Positions 45,650 to 54,353 are shown, counted from the stretch's first letter. The stretch is 54,965 nt of DNA from Candidatus Nealsonbacteria bacterium (GCA_047456315.1 CP179889.1:1-54965), one strand, 5' to 3'. The notes: generated by a model not told the origin, from the sequence alone. A program made the numbers and translations.

Positions 45650-46216
45650 ATGAAAATCATAATTGGCTTAGGAAATCCAGAAAAAAAATACCAATTAACA
45701 AGACACAATCTTGGCAGGTTAATCATTGAAAATTTTCAAAAAGAAATTAAATCTCCTGATTTCAGGTTAAAGAAAAAATTTCAGGCTTTAATTTCGGAAA
45801 GTAAAATAAGTAAAGATAAAATTATATTGGCACTGCCTGAAACGTTTATGAATTCATCGGGCAGAGCAGTAAAATCATTAACTGCTAATTATAAAATGCC
45901 AATTAAAAACATCTGGGTTGTTCATGATGATTTTGATATTGAATTGGGAAAATTAAGAATTTCTAAAAACAAAAGTTCTGGAGGGCACAAGGGAATTCAA
46001 TCAATAATCAACGAACTAAAAACAAAGGATTTTATCCGTTTTCGCATCGGAATAAAACCAAAACGTCGGCCTAAAAACTTAGATAAATTTGTTCTCAAAA
46101 AATTTACAAAACAAGAAAAAGAAACTATAAAAGAAGCTGTCAAAAAGTGTATTGAAGCGCTTGAATTTGCATTAGAACAAGGATTAGAAAAAGCAATGAA
46201 CGAATATAATAAATAA
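45650..46216 (+). CDS. pth: Peptidyl-tRNA hydrolase
   Basis: IIGLGNPEKKYQLTRHNLG, MNSSGRAV, HDDFD, GGHKGIQS. Confidence 0.95.
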   Translation: MKIIIGLGNPEKKYQLTRHNLGRLIIENFQKEIKSPDFRLKKKFQALISESKISKDKIILALPETFMNSSGRAVKSLTANYKMPIKNIWVVHDDFDIELGKLRISKNKSSGGHKGIQSIINELKTKDFIRFRIGIKPKRRPKNLDKFVLKKFTKQEKETIKEAVKKCIEALEFALEQGLEKAMNEYNK

Positions 46217-46296
46217 AAAAAGATAAATAGAGAGGGATTAGACATATATTGACAAATGTTTTCAGAAAGCATAGATAGAATAAAAAAAAGAAGGTC
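46188..46296 (+). repeat. Direct repeat, copy 1: the last 9 codons of pth plus the downstream promoter-like/SD segment
   Basis: AAAAAGCAATGAACGAATATAATAAATAAAAAAAGATAAATAGAGAGGGATTAGACATATATTGACAAATGTTTTCAGAAAGCATAGATAGAATAAAAAAAAGAAGGTC. It contains TTGACA (46249-46254) and ends 8 nt before the ATG at 46305. Confidence 0.85.
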
Positions 46297-46304
46297 TCAA
46301 AAAT

Positions 46305-46895
46305 ATGAAGAGTATAATAAAAATTAACTTCTTAAACTCAACAATTAAAATTTTAGGAATTCTCATTTTAATTGTTATTATTGGTATGACTATTTTTTTA
46401 TTATTTATAAATGGTTTTTTTACTCCGTTAATAGAAAAAGTTATAAATGAGAAGCCCGAGGCGAAAATTATTGCCTATCTTGAAGCAGTAAAAAAAGGCG
46501 ATAAATTAAAGGCTCTGACAATCTGGGAATTGCCTAATTGGGAAGAATGGAAATTAAATGAAAACGGTTCTTTCTTAGAAAAACGTCGTGAGAATTTAAC
46601 TAAAAATTTGGTTGAAAATGGAATAAAAAATTTTAAGATTCTTAAAATTGAATGGTGGAGAACCTGCTGCGTCCCAGGTGTAACTAATAATCCTCGCTCG
46701 GCTGGAGGGGCTCGTATCTCCATCCAATTAATTGATAACAATAATACTGAATATATTTATATCTTTGATGTATTCCATCGAGAAACAAGTTACTGGGGGG
46801 CAACCGAGGGTTATCCTGTTCGACATTGGGTATTGCGTGATATCTATCTTTTGGGTCAGAAGCCACTCTTTTGGGAATTTAACCACGAAGATTAA
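46305..46895 (+). CDS. Hypothetical membrane-anchored protein, the only gene between the direct repeats
   Basis: 196 aa with the N-terminal TM ILGILILIVIIGMTIFLLFINGFF and an SD-like AGAAGG upstream. I recognise no family. Confidence 0.65.
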   Translation: MKSIIKINFLNSTIKILGILILIVIIGMTIFLLFINGFFTPLIEKVINEKPEAKIIAYLEAVKKGDKLKALTIWELPNWEEWKLNENGSFLEKRRENLTKNLVENGIKNFKILKIEWWRTCCVPGVTNNPRSAGGARISIQLIDNNNTEYIYIFDVFHRETSYWGATEGYPVRHWVLRDIYLLGQKPLFWEFNHED

Positions 46896-47020
46896 TTGAA
46901 AACATTCGCACTCGCCCTTGTTCTCATGCGGGCTCGGATTTCTTAAAATTACGAAGTAATTTATAGCATACAAAAGAACGATTTTTGTTTCGGATTTTTT
47001 TTAAATGCTTATACTTTTTC

Positions 47021-47130
47021 AAAAAGCAATGAATAAATATAATAAATAAAACCGAGACAAATAGAACGGGATTAGATATATATTGACAAATATTTTCAGA
47101 AAGTATAGATAGAATAAAAAAAAGAAGGTC
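47021..47130 (+). repeat. Direct repeat, copy 2: a relic of the pth 3' end plus the promoter-like segment, with no gene behind it
   Basis: AAAAAGCAATGAATAAATATAATAAATAAAACCGAGACAAATAGAACGGGATTAGATATATATTGACAAATATTTTCAGAAAGTATAGATAGAATAAAAAAAAGAAGGTC. The last 53 nt differ from copy 1 at 3 positions. It retains the reading K-A-M-N-K-Y-N-K-stop, versus K-A-M-N-E-Y-N-K-stop in pth. Confidence 0.85.
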
Positions 47131-47140
47131 GTAAAGAACC

Positions 47141-47275
47141 TTAATTAGTTATAATATCATGCACGATTCCACAAAACAAAGATAATCCCGTAAAAACTAT
47201 TTCTGCCACGCTATCTATTAGAGAATCGTAAAGGGAATCCCAAAAATCTTCACAACAAGGACCATTCTCTTCCAT
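47141..47275 (-). CDS. Small 44-aa peptide gene with its own promoter and SD
   Basis: My own translation is MEENGPCCEDFWDSLYDSLIDSVAEIVFTGLSLFCGIVHDIITN. The SD AAGAGGAG lies about 10 nt upstream of the ATG at 47275. It is below the ORF-track cut-off. Confidence 0.45.
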   Translation of the reverse strand: MEENGPCCEDFWDSLYDSLIDSVAEIVFTGLSLFCGIVHDIITN

Positions 47276-47328
47276 TAATTTTCTTCTCCTCTTAAGCTTT
47301 TAATTGAAACTATATTTTTCGATATCTA

Positions 47329-47357
47329 AATATAAAATGTTTTAACTCAAAAGTCAA
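47329..47357 (-). promoter_or_regulatory. Promoter for the 44-aa peptide gene
   Basis: The minus strand has TTGACT (47357-47352), a 17-nt spacer and TATATT (47334-47329), about 50 nt upstream of the ATG. Confidence 0.45.
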
Positions 47358-47469
47358 ATGGTTTTTTTAAAATTTTAAAATTACTGTTATAGTGTAATAA
47401 CTATATCTCAATCTTCTGTCGGCTAAAAAGATTAAGTAGAAATGTCTTTTCATTACCACATTAAATCTT

Positions 47470-49539
47470 ATGAAATTAGTAATAGTAGAAAGTCCAACAA
47501 AATGTAAAACTTTAGAAAAGTTTTTAGGCAAAGATTACAAAGTTGCAGCAACGATGGGGCATATTCGTGATTTGCCTGAAAAAACCCTTGGCATTGATAC
47601 AGAACATGATTTTGATCCTGAATATGTTGCTATTGCAAGAAGAAAAGACACAATAAAAGAACTAAAAGAAACAATCAGTAAAGCTGAAAAAATCTATTTA
47701 GCAATGGATCCTGACAGAGAAGGAGAAGCTATTGCCTGGCATTTAAGTGAATTATTAAAACTTAAAGATGCCAAGCGCATTGTTTTTAATGAAATTACAA
47801 AACAAGCAGTTGTAAAAGCAGCAAAAAACCCAAGAGATATTGATATGCAACTAGTTAATGCCCAGCAAGCAAGAAGAATCTTAGACAGACTTGTTGGTTA
47901 TAAATTATCGCCTCTTTTATGGAAAAAAATAACAAGAAGATTATCTGCTGGAAGAGTTCAATCGGTAGCTGTCCGGTTGGTCGCTGAAAGAGAAAAAGAA
48001 ATTGAAGATTTCAAACCCCAGGAATATTGGAGCATTGAAGCTCTTTTTGAAAAAGAGGAAAAGGAGTTTAAAGCAATACTAATTAAAAAAGACAATAAAA
48101 CAATTCCTAAATTAGGAATTAAGAATAAGAAAGAAACAAATCAAATTATAAAGGATTTAAAAAAGGCTGAATATAAAGTTGCTGACATAGAGGAAAAAGA
48201 AAGAAAGAAAAACCCCCTTCCCCCTTTTACCACTTCAACCCTTCAGCAAACAGCATGGAGAAGGTTCCGTTTTTCAGCAAAAAAAACAATGCTATTTGCT
48301 CAAAAACTATATGAAAATGGACTTATCACCTATCACAGAACAGACTCTTTAAATCTTTCCCAGCAATCTTTATCGCAGGCCAAAGAATTTATTATTAATA
48401 CTTATGGACAAAACTACTGGCCAGGATTCTTCAGAAAGTATAAGGCAAAAGGAAAAGTTCAAGAAGCTCATGAGGCAATAAGGCCTACTTATCCAGAAAA
48501 AACTCCTCAGGGTTTAAAATTAGATAAAAACGCTTTAAGGATTTATGAATTGATCTGGAGCAGATTTATTGCTTCTCAGATGAGTGCAGCTTTATTTAAT
48601 TCATTAAAAATTGATATTGCTGCCAAAGATTATCTGTTCAGAGCCAATGGACAAACATTAAAATTTGATGGTTTTTTAAAAGTTTATTCTCTGAAAATCG
48701 AAGAAGCTATTCTTCCAGCTCTTGTTGTTAAAGAATTGTTGAAATTAAAAAAACTGCTTTCTTTGCAGCACTTTACTCAACCACCACCAAGATATACTGA
48801 AGCCAGTTTAATTAAAACTCTGGAAGAAAATGGAATTGGAAGGCCCTCAACATATGCCCCAATACTCTCAACAATTCAATTAAGAAACTATATTGAAAAA
48901 GATGAGCAAAGACGTTTCAAGCCAACTGAAATTGGAAACAGGGTTAATGATTTGCTGGTAAATCATTTTCCAAAGATTGTTGATGTTGGTTTTACAAAGG
49001 AAATGGAAGAAGATTTGGACAAAATAGCAAAGGGTGAAAAAAAATGGGTTCCAGTGATAAAAGAATTCTATAAAGATTTTGAAAAAACCTTAATTGCAAA
49101 AGAGAAAGAAATTCCTCATAAAAAACTAACTTATGAAAAAACAAGGCAGAAATGTCCTAACTGTGGCAGCCCTGTTGTAATAAAACTGGGAAGATATGGG
49201 AAATTCTATGCCTGTAGTAATTTTCCAAAATGCAAATACACAAAATCGCTTAAAAAGAATGAATTAAAGATAAAATGTCCTAAATGTAAAAATGGAGAAG
49301 TTGTAGAAAAAAGAACTAAAACAAAAAAAATATTCTATGGCTGTTCAAACTGGCCTGAATGCGATTTTGCTACTTGGGATAAACCTCACATCAAAAAAGG
49401 ATTATTAAATTTGGGCAAAAAAACTGTAGAACAATGCCCGGAATGTAAGTCATCATTAGTTGAAACAAAAAGAGGCCTCATCAAGTGCTCGAACAAAGAG
49501 TGTAGATATATTAAACAATCCAAGCAGAAAAAAGAATAA
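47470..49539 (+). CDS. topA: DNA topoisomerase I
   Basis: TOPRIM (LVIVESPTK, DPDREGE), the catalytic Tyr context (ITYHRTDS) and three or four C-terminal Cys4 zinc ribbons. Confidence 0.95.
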   Translation: MKLVIVESPTKCKTLEKFLGKDYKVAATMGHIRDLPEKTLGIDTEHDFDPEYVAIARRKDTIKELKETISKAEKIYLAMDPDREGEAIAWHLSELLKLKDAKRIVFNEITKQAVVKAAKNPRDIDMQLVNAQQARRILDRLVGYKLSPLLWKKITRRLSAGRVQSVAVRLVAEREKEIEDFKPQEYWSIEALFEKEEKEFKAILIKKDNKTIPKLGIKNKKETNQIIKDLKKAEYKVADIEEKERKKNPLPPFTTSTLQQTAWRRFRFSAKKTMLFAQKLYENGLITYHRTDSLNLSQQSLSQAKEFIINTYGQNYWPGFFRKYKAKGKVQEAHEAIRPTYPEKTPQGLKLDKNALRIYELIWSRFIASQMSAALFNSLKIDIAAKDYLFRANGQTLKFDGFLKVYSLKIEEAILPALVVKELLKLKKLLSLQHFTQPPPRYTEASLIKTLEENGIGRPSTYAPILSTIQLRNYIEKDEQRRFKPTEIGNRVNDLLVNHFPKIVDVGFTKEMEEDLDKIAKGEKKWVPVIKEFYKDFEKTLIAKEKEIPHKKLTYEKTRQKCPNCGSPVVIKLGRYGKFYACSNFPKCKYTKSLKKNELKIKCPKCKNGEVVEKRTKTKKIFYGCSNWPECDFATWDKPHIKKGLLNLGKKTVEQCPECKSSLVETKRGLIKCSNKECRYIKQSKQKKE

Positions 49540-49588
49540 AAGAGGATTGACAAGGAGGAAATAGTAATGAAGAATTGAATTGAATCTT

Positions 49589-49671
49589 GGGCGAGTGGTG
49601 GAATGGCAGACACGGTAGATTCAAAATCTACTGAGCGCAAGCTCATGAGGGTTCGACTCCCTCCTCGCCCA
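49589..49671 (+). tRNA. tRNA-Leu (anticodon CAA), long variable arm, no encoded CCA
   Basis: GGGCGAGTGGTGGAATGGCAGACACGGTAGATTCAAAATCTACTGAGCGCAAGCTCATGAGGGTTCGACTCCCTCCTCGCCCA. Anticodon stem GTAGA/TCTAC, loop TTCAAAA. Confidence 0.9.
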
Positions 49672-49676
49672 CATAA

Positions 49677-49702
49677 AAACCGCTTTAAAATAGGCGGTTT
49701 TT
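49677..49702. terminator. Bidirectional terminator hairpin between tRNA-Leu (+) and the GlmU-like gene (-)
   Basis: AAACCGC, a 10-nt loop and GCGGTTT, flanked by A-runs/T-runs on both sides. Confidence 0.5.
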
Positions 49703-49719
49703 AATCGCATCTGTGATCT

Positions 49720-50973
49720 TTATTTCTTTTTCTTCTTTATTATTCCTTTAAATTCTGTGTAAAACATCTTATTGTCTTCAATATTTTTCATTACTACAGA
49801 ATTTGGTCCAATAATACAATTTGAACCAACTAAGATGCCCGGCATAAAAGAGACATTTATTCCTGCTTGGGTGTTATTTCCTAAAACGCACCCAAATTTT
49901 CTTTTTTTGGTGTCAATTAATTTTTTCTTAACTTTAGAAGTAATTGACTTTCTATCAAAACGGATATTGGCTGTGACTGTTCCTGCTCCCAAATTACAAT
50001 TTTCGCCCACAATTGAATCTCCAATATAGCTTAAATGGGAAATATTTGTATTATCTCTAATGATTGAATTTTTAATTTCAACTCCATTCCCAATCCGACA
50101 ATTATCTCCAATACTAGTGAAACCCCTTATAAAACAATTGGGTCCAATCTGACAATTTTTACCAATATAAACAGAACCTTTAATATAGGTTCCGCTTTTT
50201 AATAAACTTTCTTTTCTGATTATCAAAGAACCTGAAATATTACAATTTTTTTCAATCTTTCCTGTTAATTTTGTTTTAATCTTTTTTAATAAATACTCAT
50301 TAGCATCTAAAAGTTCCCAGGGATATTTCAAAGAAATCGCTTCTTCTTTCAATAAAACTAATTCTGTTCCCTTTTCTTTGATGAAAAGATTTATAGCATC
50401 TATAAGAGTTTCTTCTCTTTTGGGTACTCTGTGGCAGTAATCAAAAAAATTACGAGGGAAAATATATGTTTCGGTAGACTTAATATTTGAGGGTTCTCTT
50501 CCTTTTTGTGGATTTTCCTCGATTTTTAGAACCTTACTTCCTTTGAATTTCAAAATTCCAAAATCCCAAGGTCGAGCAGTTTTTACCCCAAGAAGAATTA
50601 TTTTGTGAGTATTCTTTTTAAACTTTTTCAAGAGAAGCTGTAAATAGTTATCTAAGTCAATTTTATGAGGCCCCAGAACAATAAAATTCTCTTTTATTAA
50701 TTTTTCGGCTTGGTGAAGGGCATTACCGCTACCTTTTGGTTTTGATTGAACGACATATCTTATCCTGGCTTTAGTCTGATATCTTTTAATCTCTGTTTCA
50801 ACATTTCTTTTAACTCCCTGAACCACAATGATATCCCTTATTCCATTTTTTTGTAGGCTTTCTATCGTATACCAAATTAAAGAACGGCCCATGATTTTAA
50901 AAAGAGATTTGTGTTGATAGTCAAAAGGCCAAAAACGAGAAGATTCGCCCGCAGCTAAAATTACAGCTTGCAT
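49720..50973 (-). CDS. Bifunctional-type sugar-1-phosphate nucleotidyltransferase with a C-terminal left-handed beta-helix (GlmU-like/archaeal-type)
   Basis: N-terminal ILAAGESSRF NTP-transferase motif. The C-terminal half is full of hexapeptide repeats (IGDNCRIGNGVEIKNSII..., IGENCNLGAG...). Confidence 0.75.
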   Translation of the reverse strand: MQAVILAAGESSRFWPFDYQHKSLFKIMGRSLIWYTIESLQKNGIRDIIVVQGVKRNVETEIKRYQTKARIRYVVQSKPKGSGNALHQAEKLIKENFIVLGPHKIDLDNYLQLLLKKFKKNTHKIILLGVKTARPWDFGILKFKGSKVLKIEENPQKGREPSNIKSTETYIFPRNFFDYCHRVPKREETLIDAINLFIKEKGTELVLLKEEAISLKYPWELLDANEYLLKKIKTKLTGKIEKNCNISGSLIIRKESLLKSGTYIKGSVYIGKNCQIGPNCFIRGFTSIGDNCRIGNGVEIKNSIIRDNTNISHLSYIGDSIVGENCNLGAGTVTANIRFDRKSITSKVKKKLIDTKKRKFGCVLGNNTQAGINVSFMPGILVGSNCIIGPNSVVMKNIEDNKMFYTEFKGIIKKKKK

Positions 50974-50974
50974 A

Positions 50975-52000
50975 TTATTTCAAAAGATTCATTAATACTT
51001 TTGCAATTTTATCTGGATGATGACGAATAGGAGTTCTTTGCAAAAATATATCGGCTGTATCTTTTTTATAAATTTTAGAATTAATAAGATTGGACCCGAT
51101 GTATCCCTTTTTCTTTAAAGTTATCTTGCTAAATTCAACCAGTTTCGCTCCCTTTTCTGAATATTTCTTAAGAAAGTGAAGTGAGGGTTTTTTAGTATTA
51201 AAAGTAACATAATCTATTATTCCCTTGCCAAGATAACTTTCAATCACATCAACAAAATCTTCCACCTTAAAATTATTAGTATGACCCCTCTCGGTCATTA
51301 AATTACAGTCATAAACTTTTTTTGCCCTCGACTTCCTAATTGCTTCAGGAATCCCTTCAGCCAAAAAAATAGGTAAAATACTGCAATAAAGATCTCCTGG
51401 TCCAATAACAACTAAATCTGCCTTTTTAATAGCCGAAATTGCCTTTGGATTGGCCCTGGCTTTTGGTTTTGTAAATAATTTCTTAACCTTGCATTTAGAG
51501 AGAAATCTATATTTACTAATCGCATGTTCTCCTTTTAAGAGACGATTATTTTTTAGTCTAGCCATCAGCCAGACCTTATCTAAGGTTACAGGAATAACTT
51601 CTCCATGGACATTCAAAACCTTACTTGCCTTTTCTACTGATTTATCGAAAGAACCGATGACTTTTTCTAAAGCCACCATAAAAAGATTACCGAAATTGTG
51701 ACCCTTAAAGGTTCCATTACCAAACCGATAATTAAAAAGCTTTCTCAATATCAAATCTTCACCAGAAAGAGCAACAAGACATTGTCTAATGTCTCCCGGA
51801 GGTAAAATGCCTAATTCATCTCTCAAAATTCCGCTTGAACCACCATCATCAGTCATCGCAACAACAGCTGAAAGCTTGACTGGATATTTCTTCAAGCCAG
51901 ATAGAACAACAAAATTTCCTGTTCCTCCTCCAAGACAGACAATTCTGGGTAGAGCTGAATTACCTTGCCTTTTTTTCTTTCTTTTATTTTTTTTAATCAT
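50975..52000 (-). CDS. YvcK/CofD-family protein (UPF0052, gluconeogenesis-factor-like)
   Basis: IVCLGGGTG and AVVAMTDDGGSSG motifs. 341 aa. Confidence 0.85.
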   Translation of the reverse strand: MIKKNKRKKKRQGNSALPRIVCLGGGTGNFVVLSGLKKYPVKLSAVVAMTDDGGSSGILRDELGILPPGDIRQCLVALSGEDLILRKLFNYRFGNGTFKGHNFGNLFMVALEKVIGSFDKSVEKASKVLNVHGEVIPVTLDKVWLMARLKNNRLLKGEHAISKYRFLSKCKVKKLFTKPKARANPKAISAIKKADLVVIGPGDLYCSILPIFLAEGIPEAIRKSRAKKVYDCNLMTERGHTNNFKVEDFVDVIESYLGKGIIDYVTFNTKKPSLHFLKKYSEKGAKLVEFSKITLKKKGYIGSNLINSKIYKKDTADIFLQRTPIRHHPDKIAKVLMNLLK

Positions 52001-52008
52001 AACTGTTT

Positions 52009-52014
52009 AATATA
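52009..52014 (-). promoter_or_regulatory. Possible -10 box TATATT 8 nt upstream of the YvcK-family ATG
   Basis: The minus strand reads TATATTAAACAGTT then ATG at 52000. I found no convincing -35. Confidence 0.3.
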
Positions 52015-52094
52015 GACCCTTAAAACCCCATAGATGGCGACTTCGCCTATTTCACGGGATTCTGAATTTATTTTGAATTAAAATTCAGTTAAAA

Positions 52095-52727
52095 TCAAAT
52101 TCCTGTGACTCTTGAAATTTCCTCTCTGGAAATCTGACCTTTTCTTAAAATTTTGAGACTTTCCATATTAATTACAGTAGAAGGCAAGGATTCTTTTAAA
52201 TTTCCAGCATCTAATACTAAACTAGGCTGGTATTTTTTATTTTCAAATTGTTTTATTACTTCTTTGATTTTTCCTGATGCTCTTTGCCCTGTAATATTAG
52301 CTGACGTTGCTATTAAAGGAACGTCTGCTTTTTTAATTATAACATTTAAAACTTTATAATCAGGAATTCTCAAACCGATTTTCTTATCTTTGCTAACAAT
52401 ACCTTCAGGGAGCTTAAAAGATCTTGCCTTTAAAACTGCTGTTAATTTTCCAGGCCAGAATTTTTTTAAAAACTTTTCTTGAGCCTGACTAATAAAAGCT
52501 ATGGTTTTTGCAGCTTTAATATTTTTTATAAACACAGGGAACGGCTTATTGGGTTTTCTTTTTTTAATTTCAAAAACTTTTTTAACTGCAGAATAATTTT
52601 TAGCATCAGCTATTAAACCATAAACTGTATCAGTAGGACAAATCACAATCCCTCCTTTTTTAATAATTAAAACAGCCTGTTTTAAAGCTAATTTTTGATT
52701 TTTAAGATTTATTTTTAAAGCTTTCAT
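52095..52727 (-). CDS. tsaC: L-threonylcarbamoyladenylate synthase (TsaC/YrdC/Sua5 family)
   Basis: GGIVICPTDTVYGLIADA and LIATSANITG motifs. 210 aa. Confidence 0.88.
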   Translation of the reverse strand: MKALKINLKNQKLALKQAVLIIKKGGIVICPTDTVYGLIADAKNYSAVKKVFEIKKRKPNKPFPVFIKNIKAAKTIAFISQAQEKFLKKFWPGKLTAVLKARSFKLPEGIVSKDKKIGLRIPDYKVLNVIIKKADVPLIATSANITGQRASGKIKEVIKQFENKKYQPSLVLDAGNLKESLPSTVINMESLKILRKGQISREEISRVTGI

Positions 52728-53430
52728 TTTTAAAAAACTTAGAGACCCTCATAATATCTGCTGGGTTACTGAAATCCAACCAATAGTCCTTAATTTGTTT
52801 CACTTTTACTTTTTTATCCCTTGCTAAAAGATTAATAGCATCAGTTAATTCATATTCTCCTCTTTTTGAAATCTTAACATCTTTTAATTTATCGAAAATC
52901 TCTGGAGTGAATTTATATAAGCCAATATTTATTAAGCTGCCAATAAATTCTTTTGGTTTTTCAACTATATTCTTTAAAAATCCATTCTCAATATCTAATA
53001 CTCCGTATTTTTCTGGATTCTTATGATTCAAACAGGCCATGTAATTATAATCATCATCAATATTGAAAGCTTTAAAGTCTCTTGGAGAAAAAAGATGGTC
53101 TCCATAAACCATTATAAAGTTTTCATCCTTTATAAAATCTTTAACACATTCTAAAGCACAAGCTGTTCCATATTTTTCTTTCCCTAAAACCTCGAATTGA
53201 TCTACAACACGAACACTATATTTCTCTTTGATTAGAAATTCTTTTATCTTTTCTTTTTTATATCCTACTACTAAAATCAGTTCTTTGTATCCTGCTTTTA
53301 AAAGATTATCTAAAAGATAACTTAAAAAAGGAACATCACAAGTATTAATCAGCTGTTTTGGCTTGTTTTTAGTTAAATGAAGCATACGGGTTCCTTTTCC
53401 CGCAGCTGCAATGATAGCTTTTTTAATCAT
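52702..53430 (-). CDS. Sugar-phosphate nucleotidyltransferase (NTP_transferase family)
   Basis: AIIAAAGKGTRM signature. 242 aa. Specificity is not assignable. Confidence 0.8.
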   Translation of the reverse strand: MIKKAIIAAAGKGTRMLHLTKNKPKQLINTCDVPFLSYLLDNLLKAGYKELILVVGYKKEKIKEFLIKEKYSVRVVDQFEVLGKEKYGTACALECVKDFIKDENFIMVYGDHLFSPRDFKAFNIDDDYNYMACLNHKNPEKYGVLDIENGFLKNIVEKPKEFIGSLINIGLYKFTPEIFDKLKDVKISKRGEYELTDAINLLARDKKVKVKQIKDYWLDFSNPADIMRVSKFFKNESFKNKS

Positions 53431-53519
53431 ATATTTTTAAAACTCTCATTTTTTATACCATAAATCTAAATTGAATCAAGGACAGAATGTTTAAAATTGC
53501 ATTTCAATATTACAGAAAT

Positions 53520-53548
53520 TTGACAAAAATTAAAAGGAGTGTTATTTT
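53520..53548 (+). promoter_or_regulatory. Promoter for the TPR gene, with a roughly 57-nt leader containing a hairpin
   Basis: TTGACA (53520-53525), a 17-nt spacer ending in TGt, then TATTTT (53543-53548). The downstream stem AAGTGAGA/TCTCACTT lies at about 53558-53586. Confidence 0.45.
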
Positions 53549-53611
53549 ATCATCACGAAGTGAGAATTAGCTCAAATCTCACTTAATGATCTTTTAAAAA
53601 TGTGAAAAAAA

Positions 53612-54262
53612 ATGAATAGTGATAGAAAAATTATTGAAGATGCACAAACACTATATAACAAAGGAGAATGGGAAAAAACGATTGATTTTATTGATATGCT
53701 TTTTACAAGCAGAGATGAACAGCAAGTTGCGGAAATAAATCGAATCAAAAGTTGGAGTTATTACTACCTTGCAATTAAAGGAGATGAATCTTTGAAATCA
53801 AAAAATCTTGAAAAAGCTGAAGAATGCTTTAGATTGGCTTTGATAAAAATGGAAAAAAAAGAAAGTATAGTTTCCATATTAAATGGATTACCATTAGTTC
53901 TTTGGATTCAAGGAAAAAGAACAGAAGCTTGGGAAATAAGCGACAAAGCTATTAATAAATTTCCAGAAACGCCTTCGATTTGGAACACAAGAGGTATTCT
54001 TTGTCGCTGGGCAAAGAATTTCAATGAAGCTGTGGAAGTTGGACAAAGGGTTTTTGAAACCGCAGTAAAAGTAAAAGATTTTAGAACAGCAGGGCACGGA
54101 AAACAGAATAAAGCAGACGCACTAGTTCAATCAGAAAGAATCGAAGAGGCAAAGAAGGATTACATAGAAGCAATAAAGATGTATAAGAAATATGAAGAAA
54201 AAACTGAAGAAAGCGCGCTTTTTCATTTAAAACGTGTTCAAGAAAAACTTTCCAATCTTTAA
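53612..54262 (+). CDS. TPR-repeat protein
   Basis: 216 aa of helical repeats with a TPR-like W/A/Y spacing (WEKTIDFIDMLF, AEECFRLAL, AWEISDKAINKFP, AKKDYIEAIKMY). Confidence 0.6.
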   Translation: MNSDRKIIEDAQTLYNKGEWEKTIDFIDMLFTSRDEQQVAEINRIKSWSYYYLAIKGDESLKSKNLEKAEECFRLALIKMEKKESIVSILNGLPLVLWIQGKRTEAWEISDKAINKFPETPSIWNTRGILCRWAKNFNEAVEVGQRVFETAVKVKDFRTAGHGKQNKADALVQSERIEEAKKDYIEAIKMYKKYEEKTEESALFHLKRVQEKLSNL

Positions 54263-54316
54263 CTTAAATTCTTAAATTGTTAAACGCTTCGTTTTTTTAA
54301 AGAAGTGTTTTTTTAT

Positions 54317-54345
54317 TTGCCAAAAATCAAGATTCAACGTATAAT
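54317..54345 (+). promoter_or_regulatory. Promoter for murA, with the -10 box 8 nt from the ATG (candidate leaderless)
   Basis: TTGCCA (54317-54322), a 17-nt spacer, TATAAT (54340-54345), AACCAATT, then ATG at 54354. Confidence 0.55.
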
Positions 54346-54353
54346 AACCAATT

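Noticed and set aside
46896-46962. A locally GC-rich patch (CGCACTCGCCCTTGTTCTCATGCGGGCTCGG) and an AAATTAC-GAA-GTAATTT hairpin downstream of the 196-aa ORF, considered as a small RNA or terminator.
   Set aside because: Only 4 bp of the GC-rich patch can pair. The AT hairpin is weak and has no T-tract. The evidence is too thin to call a feature, so the patch is mentioned only as part of the mini-island spacer.
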